From Octopus bimaculoides (lineage: Eukaryota), in NCBI RefSeq assembly GCF_001194135.2, contig NC_068982.1:177251209-177283211 (forward strand): a stretch of DNA of 32,003 bases. Direction: 5' to 3'. Within the stretch, counting starts at the first letter, position 1, and every line of letters starts with the position of its first letter. A model generated the notes under the pieces. That model had not been told where the DNA came from. It saw nothing but the letters and a program-made list of their open reading frames with translations, and ran no database searches. Positions 10,298-22,260 of this stretch are shown one piece after another. Position numbers and translations under genes: made by a program.

Positions 10298-11046
10298 NNN
10301 NNNNNNNNNNNNNNNNNNNNNNNNNNNNNNNNNNNNNNNNNNNNNNNNNNNNNNNNNNNNNNNNNNNNNNNNNNNNNNNNNNNNNNNNNNNNNNNNNNNN
10401 NNNNNNNNNNNNNNNNNNNNNNNNNNNNNNNNNNNNNNNNNNNNNNNNNNNNNNNNNNNNNNNNNNNNNNNNNNNNNNNNNNNNNNNNNNNNNNNNNNNN
10501 NNNNNNNNNNNNNNNNNNNNNNNNNNNNNNNNNNNNNNNNNNNNNNNNNNNNNNNNNNNNNNNNNNNNNNNNNNNNNNNNNNNNNNNNNNNNNNNNNNNN
10601 NNNNNNNNNNNNNNNNNNNNNNNNNNNNNNNNNNNNNNNNNNNNNNNNNNNNNNNNNNNNNNNNNNNNNNNNNNNNNNNNNNNNNNNNNNNNNNNNNNNN
10701 NNNNNNNNNNNNNNNNNNNNNNNNNNNNNNNNNNNNNNNNNNNNNNNNNNNNNNNNNNNNNNNNNNNNNNNNNNNNNNNNNNNNNNNNNNNNNNNNNNNN
10801 NNNNNNNNNNNNNNNNNNNNNNNNNNNNNNNNNNNNNNNNNNNNNNNNNNNNNNNNNNNNNNNNNNNNNNNNNNNNNNNNNNNNNNNNNNNNNNNNNNNN
10901 NNNNNNNNNNNNNNNNNNNNNNNNNNNNNNNNNNNNNNNNNNNNNNNNNNNNNNNNNNNNNNNNNNNNNNNNNNNNNNNNNNNNNNNNNNNNNNNNNNNN
11001 NNNNNNNNNNNNNNNNNNNNNNNNNNNNNNNNNNNNNNNNNNNNNN
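10298..11046. other. Assembly gap (N run)
   Basis: 749 N. Confidence 1.
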
Positions 11047-11102
11047 GTATATATATATATATATATATATAATCACATGTGTGGTGTATGTATATATATG
11101 TA

Positions 11103-11345
11103 TATATTCTTCTATTCATTTACTTGCTTCAGTCATTTGACTGCAGCCATGCTGGAGTACTGCTTTATAGGGTTTTATAGCCGAAGAAATCGACCCGAGG
11201 ACTTATTCTTTGTAAGCTTATTACTTATTCCATCGGTTTTCTTTTGCAGAACCGCACATTTATGGTGATGTAAACACACCAATATTGGTTGTCAACTGAT
11301 GGAGGGAAGAAAACAGTCACAAACACATACACAAACACACATATA
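11103..11345 (-). mobile_element. SINE 3' half (family of 9967-10297)
   Basis: cttcagtcatttgactgcagccatgctggag...gacttattctttgtaagc...ggttgtcaac aligns to 9990-10150. Confidence 0.9.
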
Positions 11346-11718
11346 TGTATGTGTGTGTACGTATATAGTCAATATTCAATTAAGAGAAGAAAATGGAGAG
11401 ATAATGGTTAATAATTGTTTATTAATAAATTGATAATCATTCATTCCTACAATGTTTTCAATTTGTACTCATTCGATAAATTACAAATTTATGCTATAAG
11501 TCTGAATTTATAAGTTATGACCAAAATATCATCAGGGAAATATTAGACATTAAAAAATTACATGTTGACCAATCTATTCTTTCTGAATATGGATTATACG
11601 CTTAATATACACCTACTGATTTAGGGAAATTTATTTCCCCAAAGATATAATGTATTGACCCAGTGTATACTTGGATGTAATCATCACTTTAAGAGCCTCA
11701 TATAACCTCTAATTAACT

Positions 11719-11758
<40 letters not shown>

Positions 11759-11923
11759 NNNNNNNNNNNNNNNNNNNNNNNNNNNNNNNNNNNNNNNNNN
11801 NNNNNNNNNNNNNNNNNNNNNNNNNNNNNNNNNNNNNNNNNNNNNNNNNNNNNNNNNNNNNNNNNNNNNNNNNNNNNNNNNNNNNNNNNNNNNNNNNNNN
11901 NNNNNNNNNNNNNNNNNNNNNNN
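11759..11923. other. Assembly gap (N run)
   Basis: 165 N; the right flank tggtagacggaaactgaaagaa is a plus-strand SINE fragment. Confidence 1.
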
Positions 11924-12009
11924 TGGTAGACGGAAACTGAAAGAAACTCGTGATGTATATAAACAATCCATGCCATTTTAGTCCCGAGCAACGCCGGGTA
12001 TCTCTGCTA

Positions 12010-12055
<46 letters not shown>

Positions 12056-12086
12056 TAAACACACATGCATTCCCACTCACACAGAT

Positions 12087-12120
<34 letters not shown>
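12010..12120. repeat. (TA)n and (CA)n microsatellites
   Basis: Directly visible. Confidence 0.95.
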
Positions 12121-12124
<4 letters not shown>

Positions 12125-12518
12125 GTATACATATATTGTGTGTGTATACATGCACATAAACGATTGTGGGTTTTTTTATCGGAATTATTGTAAATATTCC
12201 GACAATAACTGCTCGTATAATTTTAAAACCTATTATCTCTAATTAATTTATTATATAGCACGGCATACACCGTAACTGAATTATCTTTTCGCGAATGGAA
12301 ATACGCCTACAATAAAATTTCCGTAATTTATAGAATGTAGATTACAAGCATGATAATGAAGTCAAAATGTATAATAATGCGTAGAATTGATATTATGGCA
12401 TAAATATTGCGTAAAAGCCGTCTACAATCGATAACATATCTAAATGTAACACAATCTTATGCTATTTTCTCTCATTCCTTTTCACACATACAAATTTTGC
12501 CGTTCACATGAGACACCT

Positions 12519-12616
12519 GGTTCCATTCACAGACCGGAAGGCGTCTTCTGTTCTTGAGAAAAACGTTTCATTTCACGCTGTTCCAGTCCCCCTTTCGATC
12601 CGTGGGTGGGTGACAT
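12519..12616 (+). repeat. 98-bp copy of the SINE segment at 13517-13614
   Basis: 95 of 98 bases identical by hand alignment; the only difference is gtc versus aaa. Confidence 0.95.
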
Positions 12617-13295
12617 CTGCCACAAATGGCATAACATTATAACGAACTAAACACCGGTTTTATATCCAAAAATAAGGCAACATTTACATGAGGCGAGCGC
12701 GGAAAAAAGCCTTTACAAAAGGTTTAAAGAGTGGAATCATACATTTTGGTAAGAGGAAGAAGAATAACTCAATTACGTATAGCAGAGTCATTCCAATGAC
12801 ATTCAGCTGCAAAACGATGTCTTCTTCGTGTACAGAAAAATAATTTATTCCCTTTTGCGAACATATTTATTTACTATTTACCTACGTCACTGCTATTCTC
12901 CGTTGCTACAACATCATGGTCATTACCATGGAACGCATCTGAGCATAACATTTGTTCCTGGGTCCATAGCCCACTCCCATATTTTTCTCTTTTTTTCTCT
13001 TTTTCTTTTCCTCTATCATTTTTCTCTGTTTCCTTGTATTCAAATGTTATAATATAAAATGTAATCCTTTGTATGATTAACTATAGAGATTAACCAGATT
13101 AGATTTTAAAAAGCAACTTCGAATAGGTATGTGTTCCAGTTTTCAGATTAGATATGCTAATAAGTTTGAAACTAGATCTGATTTTGGATTTTGAGGCATT
13201 TATGCAATATACATCTCTTGAGTATGTGCAAGCATGTGTGTGTGCATGTGTGTGTGCGCGCACACGCGTATCTTTGCGTGTATATATGCACATAC

Positions 13296-13326
<31 letters not shown>

Positions 13327-13337
13327 CATATATATAT

Positions 13338-13419
13338 NNNNNNNNNNNNNNNNNNNNNNNNNNNNNNNNNNNNNNNNNNNNNNNNNNNNNNNNNNNNNNN
13401 NNNNNNNNNNNNNNNNNNN
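13338..13419. other. Assembly gap (N run)
   Basis: 82 N inside (TA)n. Confidence 1.
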
Positions 13420-13475
13420 TATATATATATATATATGCATTTACACTCAAGTACACACGCACGCGTATATATGTG

Positions 13476-13614
13476 ACGGCGCGTTGGGCTTTTGAACTCA
13501 CGATCAATAGATCGTGGGTTCCATTCACAGACCGGAAGGCAAATTCTGTTCTTGAGAAAAACGTTTCATTTCACGCTGTTCCAGTCCCCCTTTCGATCCG
13601 TGGGTGGGTGACAT
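13476..13614 (+). mobile_element. Diverged tRNA-derived SINE head and core-like segment
   Basis: Stem-loop cacgatc-aata-gatcgtg, degenerate B box gggttccattc, then cttgagaaaaacgtttcatttcacgctgttccagtcc, resembling a CORE-type SINE body. Confidence 0.65.
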
Positions 13615-13734
13615 AGGACTGTTAAACAGCGGTGCGGCATTATAGGATCAATAAAACGACGCAGAGACCAGTGATGTCTAACAACATCTGATAAATATAT
13701 GTATACTTTTATTCCTTTATCCTCTTACATGCTT

Positions 13735-13920
13735 CAGGCATTTAACAGCGGCCATCCTCGAGAACCATCATAAAGGGTTTTAGTCGAAGAAATCGACTCC
13801 ACGACATATTCTGTGTAACTAACATACTTATTCTGTTGGTTTATTTTCCCGAACCATTAATTTACGGGGAGGTAAACAGAGTACCGCCGGTTTTCAAGAG
13901 ATGGTGGGGAGGTACAAATA
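13735..13920 (-). mobile_element. Diverged SINE 3' half (family of 9967-10297)
   Basis: cttcaggcatttaacagcggccat...tagtcgaagaaatcgac...gaaccattaatttacgggga. Confidence 0.75.
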
Positions 13921-13979
13921 TATAATATATATGTATATACATATAATATATATATATATACATATAATATATATATACA

Positions 13980-14021
<42 letters not shown>

Positions 14022-14310
14022 NNNNNNNNNNNNNNNNNNNNNNNNNNNNNNNNNNNNNNNNNNNNNNNNNNNNNNNNNNNNNNNNNNNNNNNNNNNNNNN
14101 NNNNNNNNNNNNNNNNNNNNNNNNNNNNNNNNNNNNNNNNNNNNNNNNNNNNNNNNNNNNNNNNNNNNNNNNNNNNNNNNNNNNNNNNNNNNNNNNNNNN
14201 NNNNNNNNNNNNNNNNNNNNNNNNNNNNNNNNNNNNNNNNNNNNNNNNNNNNNNNNNNNNNNNNNNNNNNNNNNNNNNNNNNNNNNNNNNNNNNNNNNNN
14301 NNNNNNNNNN
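14022..14310. other. Assembly gap (N run)
   Basis: 289 N; hides the 3' end of the adjacent LINE. Confidence 1.
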
Positions 14311-16536
14311 GTGTTGTCCCGTTCTGGCATTGGTGTAGCTTTCAATGCCAAAATTTGGCACAATTCCTTCCAGGATCTTCCAGATGTATGCTACTGCATA
14401 CCTCTCCCGCCTTCTCTCCAGGGAGTAGAGTCTTAGCTGTTTCAGCCTTTCTCAGTAGCTGAGCAGTTGCAAAGAGACAATCTTCTTTGTGAATCTTCTC
14501 TGGATTGCTTCAAGGTCCACTTTTAATTTCACACTGGTGGGTGACCATACCTGTGAGCAGTAATCCAGGCGGCTGAGGACGAATGACCTCCAGCGGACCA
14601 TCATCGTTTCCTTATCTCTGGTTCTGAATGTTCTCATGATCCAGCCAGCGAGTTGTCTTCACTTTGTCGCTATCCTGGTAATGTGCACTTGGAAAGAGGT
14701 ATCATCACTCATGCCGATACCCAGGTCTGTCACTGATTTAGGCTCTGGGATTGAAATTCCCTGCGGACCAGTGTACTCTGTAAGTTACATATTCGGTTTT
14801 AGACGTTGTTAGCGCAGGGCTTGGAATTTTTCAGCATTAAACTGCATATTATTATCCTCAGCCCATCTGTAAATTGAGTCCAACCCCTGCTGCAGATGTG
14901 CAACATCACTGGTATTCTGTATTTTCTGCGATACTTTCGTATCGTCTGCGTAGCTAGCAAGGGTAGCCATCCGAGCACTTGAGGGCATATCTGAGAGGGC
15001 CACTATAAAAAGCGCCCTATGGAACACCGCTTACTATTTGTGTTTTCATAGAGGTGGCTCCATTAGCCACTACTGCCTGACTTCTATCTTTCAGAAAGTC
15101 ATGTAACCACTCTCCAAGTTTTCCAGCTATGCCACGATCACGCAGTGTGTGGCATATCATACCATGATCTACTTTGTCAAAGGCTTTTGCAAAATCAAGG
15201 TGTATTACGTCCACATTTGAGTTGTTGAGTGATTGCCTCAACTCCCAGTCATGTTGTAAGACCTGGGTCAGGCAGCTCCTACCTGGTCGAAAGCCATGTT
15301 GAGTATCACTCAGCAAGTTATTTTCTTCAAGGAATGCAATTAGTTTTACTCTGACTATCCTTTCCAGGACTTTTCTGATGTGTGAAGTCAGAGAGATAGG
15401 CCTATAGTTTTTGGCATCTGCTCTGCTTCCCCCTTTATGGATTGGGCATATTATTCCCTCCTTCAGCTTGCTTGGCAGTCTGCCATTTACAAGAAAGCTC
15501 TGGAAGAGGATCTGGAGGGGTTTTGCCAGGGCATGCTTACACGATTTGAGGAGTATTGCTGGGAGACCATCAGAACCAGCGGTTGAGTTTGTGTCCACTT
15601 CATGTATAGCTAGAAGTACATCTTCTTCGCTAATGTCGATGTATTCCATCGTAACTGCCTCCCTGGTTAAAGGGGAGGTAGCAAAGAAGTCCACTGGCTC
15701 ATTCACATGTCTGTGTTTCACGGGGTAGTGAAGGCACTTTTGAACTGGTCATTCAGTACCTCACTGATCCTAGTTGGACTGTCTGTAAGGGAGCCATCAT
15801 TTTCGAAGACGGGTCCAATCTTGCAGCGTACTGAGGCTGTTTCTTTCGCGTAATGAAAGAAGGCCTTTGGGTTTGACTTAATGTTTTTTTTTTATAACTC
15901 AGGCTTCTTTGTCTGCTCTCTCCCTCACATAGGATTGTTGCAGCCTTTTTTCAATCTCCATCAGTGTCGTTTTTAGGCGGGAAATTTCGTTACATTTGGG
16001 ATGCTGGTTGAGTCGATTTGCTACTTTCGTCCGTCGTCTCATGAGGATCTTCCTCTCCCTTGGAATCTTGTTCCTATTTATTTTGGCCTTGTGCTCTGGG
16101 ACATATTTCTGGCATATGGCTTGCACAATAGACATGAAACATTCTAGTTTCATGTCAATGTCTGGTGTGGAGAGACATTTTGGCCAATTCTCTCCGAGGA
16201 TCTCTTTCTGGATCGATTTCCAGTCTGCTTTGTGGAAGTTCAGATTGTAGAGATTTCGGGTTCTTCCTTTAGGTTGTATGTCTCTGGTTACTTTCGGCCC
16301 AAACATAGACAGCTCTATTATGTTTTGATCCGAGACTAATGTCGGCGTCACTTTCACATCACGAATGATGTCCATACTGTTCGTGAAGCAGAGATCCAGA
16401 ATGTTATTCGCTCTAGTTGGTCTGAAAACAGCTTGCTCCATGAATAGAGCATTGGTGAGGTTGAGCAGAGACTCCACCTGTGTTGCTTGCGATGAGTCAT
16501 TCCTGAGTGTATGAGACCTTCGGGCCATTTGACGTT
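14311..16536 (-). mobile_element. Decayed CR1-like LINE ORF2 (APE endonuclease C-terminus, reverse transcriptase, C-terminal region), 5'-truncated
   Basis: PTRANNILDLCFTN...SDQ (APE SDH motif, mutated), NYRPISLTS, QHGFRPGRSCLTQ, LDFAKAFDKVDH, SGVP, YADD (14941-14952), LDYCSQVWSP and LEAIQRRFTK are spread over several frames. There is a nonsense codon at about 15899 and frameshifts at about 15880 and 15025. Confidence 0.93.
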
Positions 16537-16575
16537 GGCCGCAGTCGAATTGCTGAAACAAATAAAGGAAGAAAG
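16537..16575 (+). mobile_element. 3' terminus of a SINE (family of 9967-10297) abutting the LINE 5' end
   Basis: ggccgcagtcgaattgctgaaacaaataaagg resembles the reverse complement of 9985-10011. Confidence 0.65.
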
Positions 16576-18884
16576 GATATGTAATAATTATTTCTCTGTG
16601 CTCTATAATCAATTGATTTTATACAGCTTTTAATATTGAATCACAGCTAAAAAGGTTCTTACATGGAAAAAAACATCTGTAAATTTACGCGTATGTGTAT
16701 TTATGCGCGTGTGCATTTATATGTATATGTATAGATGTGCATGTGTTAATATGCACATGCATATATGCCTCTATGTATGCAGGTGTAAGTGTACTGTGTG
16801 TTTGTTCGTGCACGAGCCAGTATTTATGTTTGTGTTTATGAATTCAAGTTTATCTTCTTTTGTGAAAAACGTTTTATACGTTGACAAAGAAATCTTCCTA
16901 AATTCAATTTTTTTTTTTTCGCAGTATTTTCAAATGGTTTCCATATCAGTTTGTTCAGATTTATCTTGGATAGACTATTGTGAAGTGGGCCTTTCAGTGG
17001 TCCTAGTATTCGTTGCCTATATCGATTTTGCTAATGTAAATATATATGCATCAGTGAATACAAGTAGCAGCTATTATTAGTATTCTAGTATACATAATAA
17101 TTATATTGCCAATTTTCATATTACTACTAAACGCGTTGTTTTGTTTGTGTGTATGTGAGTGAGTGTCTGTGTGTGTGTGTGTGTGCATGTGTATGTACTG
17201 TGTATGTGTCTGCGTGTATGCGTGTTCATGCGAGTATTTCTGAGATTTCTCTGTGTGTTTATGCTTGTTTTTTGAAATTTCTCTCCGTAATATATGCGCT
17301 GTGTTTTCTCTTTGTTCTATATATCTAAAAGGCCTCATATTTTTGTGATATAATTGTCTGCATATAGAACTCTATATTTAGAGTTTTAAAGTTCAATATC
17401 ATCGTCTTTCTATTTTTATATTTAGCTAGTGTAGCAATTTTAATTTAGAAATTCATTATCAAACATAAGAATTGACACATGAATCACAAACACTTCCTTC
17501 GTGGTTATTCTTTTCAATCTCTCTATCTGAATGAATTATAAAATGTGGTCATTTGAACCTACTAAGAAATACGATGTATATTTAGCTATATTTTATTACA
17601 AACTTTCACTAAAGAATTGAGCGCAGCTTTGTGTGTGTAGAATACGTCTAGTGCTTCCTTTCTTACTGGTTTCAAAGTACCCAACGAAATATGATTGTAA
17701 TAAGTCGTATTCCTATTTTCTGTGTGGTGAATGGTTTATATATCTGTGTACCTCTTCTGATCTCATTCATAATGCACATATTATCATGGAAATTGATTCT
17801 GATTTCAATCCCCCGCTATTTCCAGATCATAACTGGATAGTTTAGCTCTTTCATTCAGAGATAAAATATCGTTTGGTGTCATTCATAACTCTTTTCCGTA
17901 TGCTCTTGATTAGATGATATTTTTATTAATTTCTTCGTTAATATGAATTCTCATGTCATGCTGTGATCATTGAATAATGTGAAACCTTGCTTGGCGTCAG
18001 TGTTTTGCACCGCCTCTTTTTTGTATTATATAACGCGGTCATATTTTCGAACGTATGAAAGATCCAACTTTGAAATACCGAGGTTGTGAACATCAAAGCA
18101 CAAGATAAATTTCTATACTAACTACAACATGATATTAGCGACTAATAACCTCCACCTTCCAAATACAAAAAGGAAAAACCCTAAATATCATGAACAAATA
18201 AACTAACCGGTTAAAACAATATACCACCTACTTACATTTATGTTTTGCTAGAAACCGGATGTAGAATTCAATATACGTATGCTTAAGAACGAAGCTTTAG
18301 TCGAGTACAGAGCGGTAATAAAAAAATCTGTAAATAAGGCGCAATTTCTATCATTGTTTTTTTGTTTTTTCATTTTTATATTTAGTTCTTTTATGGGGAG
18401 GCTTTTGCATTATACCAGGAACAAAGTGCCTGGTAAACCATCTTTGCACTGTACATTTGAAAACCAATATTGTGGGGTGTTTAGGTTCATATCATTTGTC
18501 ACAAACTTAAGAGAAATTTCTCATTAACTTATAGCATAAAATTTTGTTATGTTTTTAGTTGACGCTTGTTAGCTTCAAAAGTTTTTCTAATTTTTTTATT
18601 TTTTTACATCTGTCTGTTAATTCTGCCTTTGTTTTATTAGTTATTGACTTTCTTGAAGTTACAAGAAGTAGTTTGTTTTGTTTAATCCATGTTCTGTAGC
18701 TATTTGCGATCTTTCTCACATATTTTCCATTGGTTTTGTATTCTTACAAGAAAATATTTTGCAATAGTTTTTGTGATGTCATTTTTATCCTGCTACGTTT
18801 TCGATATTACATTATAAATTCAAACGCTGTATTTGTTGTACATCAGGTTTTGCTAGTTAATTTCAGTTATAAATATTATTTTCT

Positions 18885-19085
18885 ACTCTAGGCACAAGGC
18901 CTGGAATTTTGGGGGAAGGGGCCAGTCGATTAGATCGACCCCAGTACGTAACAGGTACTTAATTTATAGACTCCGAAAGGATGAAAGGCAATGTTGACCT
19001 CGGCAGAACTCAGAACGTAAAGATAGACGAAATACCGCTAAGCTTTTCGCCCGGCGTCCTAACATTTCTGTCAGCTTGCTGCCTT
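18885..19085 (-). mobile_element. Near full-length tRNA-derived SINE (family of 7046-7222)
   Basis: The reverse complement reads aaggcagcaagctgacagaaatgttaggacgccgggcgaaaagcttagcggtatttcg...gagttctgccgaggtcaacattgcctttcatcc...ggggtcgatctaatcgac...cttgtgcctagagtaga. Confidence 0.88.
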
Positions 19086-19209
19086 CAATTGTAAATATTG
19101 ATATTCCTCTTTATCTTTCTTATTTTTCTCCGTGTTCTTCTGGGGACGATGCGATGGACTCTCCCCCATAATTGCTGGCTTTGTACCAAAATTTGAAACC
19201 GTTATTTTT

Positions 19210-19219
19210 ATTATCATCG

Positions 19220-19286
<67 letters not shown>

Positions 19287-19306
19287 CATTATTATTATTA
19301 TTATCA
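19210..19306. repeat. (ATT)n microsatellite, (TAA)n tail on the minus strand
   Basis: Directly visible; lies at the 3' end of the minus-strand LINE starting at about 19310. Confidence 0.98.
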
Positions 19307-19309
19307 TTT

Positions 19310-22260
19310 TCTTTTTTCGTTGGACATCCCGGAGTATTGCATGCGTAGAGGGTTTTCTACTTGTAACCTATGGTCCCATGCTATTCGTTATTTTCAGCTC
19401 TATGAAACTTTTCTGATCATTCTGGCCTTGCCAAGAAGGTAAAACATTTGTAAGAGTTTTACTGGGCATTCTATTCCAATTTCATTTATATTCCTCTTAG
19501 TGCCTTCTGATACTGTTCCCTACAATAATTGGCACTATCTTCACCCTCGTCATTTTCCATAGCCGGGTTATTTCGTACTAAAGAGGGTTGTATCTATCTA
19601 GATTTTCTCCTTCCTTCTTGACTATTCGTGAGTCAAAGGGGCATGCAACATCAACTATATAGGATATGTGGTACATCTTGTCCACCAACCCTAGGTCCAC
19701 CACTATTATGCTATGGCACCTGATATATTTAGATTGGGAATTCTCAGAGGAATTTGCTAGTCTCTGACTCCGTCACTCTCTGCGGTTTGTCCTCTCTCTA
19801 ACCCTCACGTTTCGCACAGTTTTCAATATAGCGCTGTCGCTACCTGAACGTGTCGCGACAACCTGTAGTGGTTTCAGTCATGTCTAGGGCATTCGTTCGT
19901 GATATTGGTGATGGTTTCATTCACTCTATTGCAGATGCAGCACAGCGGAGACGCTTGCTCATTCCTAAGGTCAACTCTGCAGTTCGTGGCCAGAGCTTGA
20001 TCCTGCGCTGCCACTATAGTGCTCTCGGACGTTGTTTTAGGGTTCCTCTTATCGGCCAATCAAACATAAGACAAATATTAAAGGGGAGAACGAATCCTCC
20101 AGGAAAATTCCTCTTTCGATGTTAACTTTCCATAACAGTGTGTCAACTGAGAAGAAATCTATTTTCCATTTGTTCATGCTACAGCTAATTAATTTTCTTA
20201 CGTTGCCTGCTATACTGAATATACTCAAACATTCACTTATTCATGAGAGTGGGATCATATCATAGGCTTTCCTATGAACTACCCATGCTATTGTTAGATT
20301 TTTCTGTCTAGATTTTACTTCATTTAGAACTGCTTTGTCTATGTATGATAGATCTTGCGCTCTTCTGGCCATCTTCCTGCAACCTTTCTATTCTTCTGGT
20401 AGTACATTCTGGCTGTTAAGGCGCTCGTAAATGCTTTCTGAAAGCTTGCCTGCTAACAGCGTCCACACTAATGGTAAGCATGTGATTGGTTTATAGTTGC
20501 TAGCTGTACTACACTTACTCTTATATTTCATAATGTGTATTGTCCTCCCTCTAGTCATCCAATCTGGTATTAATCATCCATTAAGGCAATCCTGAAGTTG
20601 TTTCATCAGCCTTCCATGTAAACTACTGAATTTCTTTAGCCAGTACTCTTGAACTAAATCTGGTACCGAGCTTATCCAATTCGGCATTTTTCCTAATACT
20701 TTAATCATTAATGCACTAGTTAATCTCACTCACTAACTCTTCCTTCACTTTCTTTAATCATACTGCATCTCCATTATGATTGATTGGCTTATCCCCTTTC
20801 TAGCTTCTTCCGGATTAGGATTCTCGTCTTCAGTACTTCGTTCTCCACTATTTGGTTATAAAATCTCCTCTCGTCTGTCTCAAATAATCTATTCTGTTGA
20901 TACTGATCTATTCTGTTCTGATATCTGGAGGACTTGCCTGCTACTGCTATGGTAAACAGTTTAAACTCTTCTATTACTGTCCCAAATCCTTTCACTTTGA
21001 CTAAGTATCTTTTCTTGAGGGAAGAGTTTTATCTTATGTTTCCTACCTTGTTTAGTTTCCAGGCTTCTACTTCTACTCACATCTTGTCTTAAAGGCTTCA
21101 CTTTATTTGTTGTCTCCTTTTCTACATTTGCTCATTTTTATCTCTCCCTGTAAGTTATCTAATCTTCTGGTGGCTACTACCCCTCCTGCATAGATCAATA
21201 AGTTAGTGTCTTCTATATTTTTGTATCTATCCTACTGATAACAGTATCTACTTTCCTAGTCATTTCTAGCAGCTTCCTTCTGATGCTGCTTTTTAATGCT
21301 GGTAACCTTTTTCTTACTTCTTTAGTCATTACGTCCTGCAACGCATCTAAAGTCTTCTCATCTTCCTCACTTAAATCATTTAAGTCGTTGGTGACAGTTA
21401 TGCTTTCCTTATTGGTAGCGCTTTTATTATCTTTTCTTTAGGTCCTTCTTTGGTTTGAGCTGTATCTCTTATGATGTTGTTAGTCTTTCCCACTGCCTAG
21501 TCTTTCTGTTTCAGTTTTCTTGTGATTTCTTCTACCATTTTTGTCATCCACTTTCTTCTCCAAATAGTATTACCTTAATCGTGGAGGCGCAATGGCCCAG
21601 TGGTTAGGGCAGCTGACTCACCATCGTACGATAGCGGTTTCGATTCTCAGACCGGGCGTTGTGAGGGTTTATTGAGAGAAAACATTTAAAGCTCCACGAA
21701 GCTCCAGCGAGGGGAGGGGCAAACCCTGCTGTACTCCTTCACCACAACTTTCTCTCACTCTTTCTTCCTGTTTCTATTGTACCTGTATTTCAAAGGGCCA
21801 CCCTTGTCACACTCTGTGTCACACTGAATCTCCCTAAGAACTACGTTAAGGATACGCGTGTCTATGGAGTGCTCAGTCACATGCACGTTAATTTCTTTCA
21901 TCGGATCAACTAGAACCCACGTAGTTGTAACCGACGTAATGCCACGAATTAGCTTGATCAACTAATCACTCTTCAGTAACTTGAAACATACCCTTCTATA
22001 CCCAAAGTGTTAGCATCCGTTTTCTATAGCCCATTCTTTAAGGTGCACTTTCTAAATAGCACTACATCACTATCCTATTTTCTTCGGAGGTCCACTTTCT
22101 CCTCCTTACTCTATTATTCGCTGATGCTGTATTAGGATAACAGCTCTGGTCAGTGTGCATTTCTACTGAACCACTGCCGAGCGAGTGGCCTTCCCTTAAC
22201 GGTCCAGCTTCTGTTTCGCTGTTACATCAGAGTTTCTTCGGAAACACCTGTCTCAGAAAA
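19310..22260 (-). mobile_element. Long decayed Dong/R4-type non-LTR element (N-terminal region, partial RT, zinc knuckle, REL endonuclease), interrupted by a SINE
   Basis: Hand translation across frames: KWTSEENRIVM*CY...GYRKRML...LVDQAN|TIW (about 22100-21560); DWMTRGRT, NYKPITCLP, PEEQKGC, KAYDMIP, RGIFLEDSFSPLIFVLC (about 20700-20060); SESTIVAAQDQALATN, CCICNRVNETITNITNEC; and a degraded REL/C-terminal region at about 19400-19680. Confidence 0.85.
21583..21947 (+). mobile_element. Full-length tRNA-derived SINE inserted in the Dong/R4-type element
   Basis: A box tggcccagtgg, B box ggtttcgattc, and a body matching the fragments at 6962 and 7801. The host LINE frame DQAN|TIW is split exactly here. 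Confidence 0.92.

Noticed and set aside
12844-12942. Plus frame FCEHIYLLFTYVTAILRCYNIMVITMERI resembling GPCR TM3 (C...ER)
   Set aside because: Bounded by stops, Cys-to-Arg spacing is off by one, and no adjacent TM2 or TM4 is visible.
16924-17034. Strong plus acceptor (T-run + cgcag) with an open frame YFQMVSISV...
   Set aside because: The donor is mediocre, no phase-consistent partner exon or recognisable peptide; poly-T acceptors are common by chance here.
18386-18480. CTFENQYCG resembling a MAM-domain start, and a 47-nt exon-like segment
   Set aside because: The diagnostic Trp and the rest of the domain are absent, and the motif lies downstream of the candidate donor.
21583-21660. tRNA-like sequence with A and B boxes (also 5220-5280 and 13476-13535)
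   Set aside because: These are SINE heads that continue into repeat bodies, without a complete cloverleaf or Pol III terminator.
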